Origin: Octopus bimaculoides | Taxonomy: Eukaryota | Length of the DNA stretch: 34,151 nt | Assembly: GCF_001194135.2 (NCBI RefSeq) | Contig: NC_068983.1 | Coordinates: 128,583,776-128,617,926, forward strand | Direction: 5' to 3' | In this document: positions 34,119-34,151 of the stretch, piece by piece | Layout: each line of letters starts with the position of its first letter | Position numbering within the stretch: the stretch's first letter is position 1 | Program-made: the position numbers and the translations under genes | The notes under the pieces: generated by a model | Told to the model about the DNA's origin: nothing | Databases searched by the model: none | Seen by the model: only the letters and a program-made list of their open reading frames with translations

Positions 34119-34151
<33 letters not shown>

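Overview
AT-rich eukaryotic genomic DNA with ten assembly gaps, most flanked by microsatellites. The SINE families, Penelope fragments and microsatellite density point to a coleoid cephalopod, most likely Octopus; this is an inference from recalled repeat families, not a database search. No intact, recognisable protein-coding gene, rRNA, true tRNA, CRISPR array or prokaryotic operon was found, and most entries in the ORF track are artefacts of microsatellites or N runs. The window is mainly decayed transposons: three or four restriction-like-endonuclease (R4/Dong-type) LINE 3' fragments, two of them embedded in (TAA)n tracts; two Penelope-like GIY-YIG remnants with inverted terminal copies; a maT-like Tc1/mariner remnant; an internally deleted mariner; two convergent Helitron helicase remnants; and several tRNA-derived SINEs. 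The best leads are (i) minimal hammerhead-ribozyme-like motifs in Penelope termini, including a CUGUNGA core variant shared by two copies, (ii) a Penelope terminal repeat carrying a tRNA-like Pol III head, an (AAT)n tract and a hammerhead, with a Dong-like LINE inserted in the AAT tract, and (iii) weak candidate host exons. None is shown to be novel without database searches.
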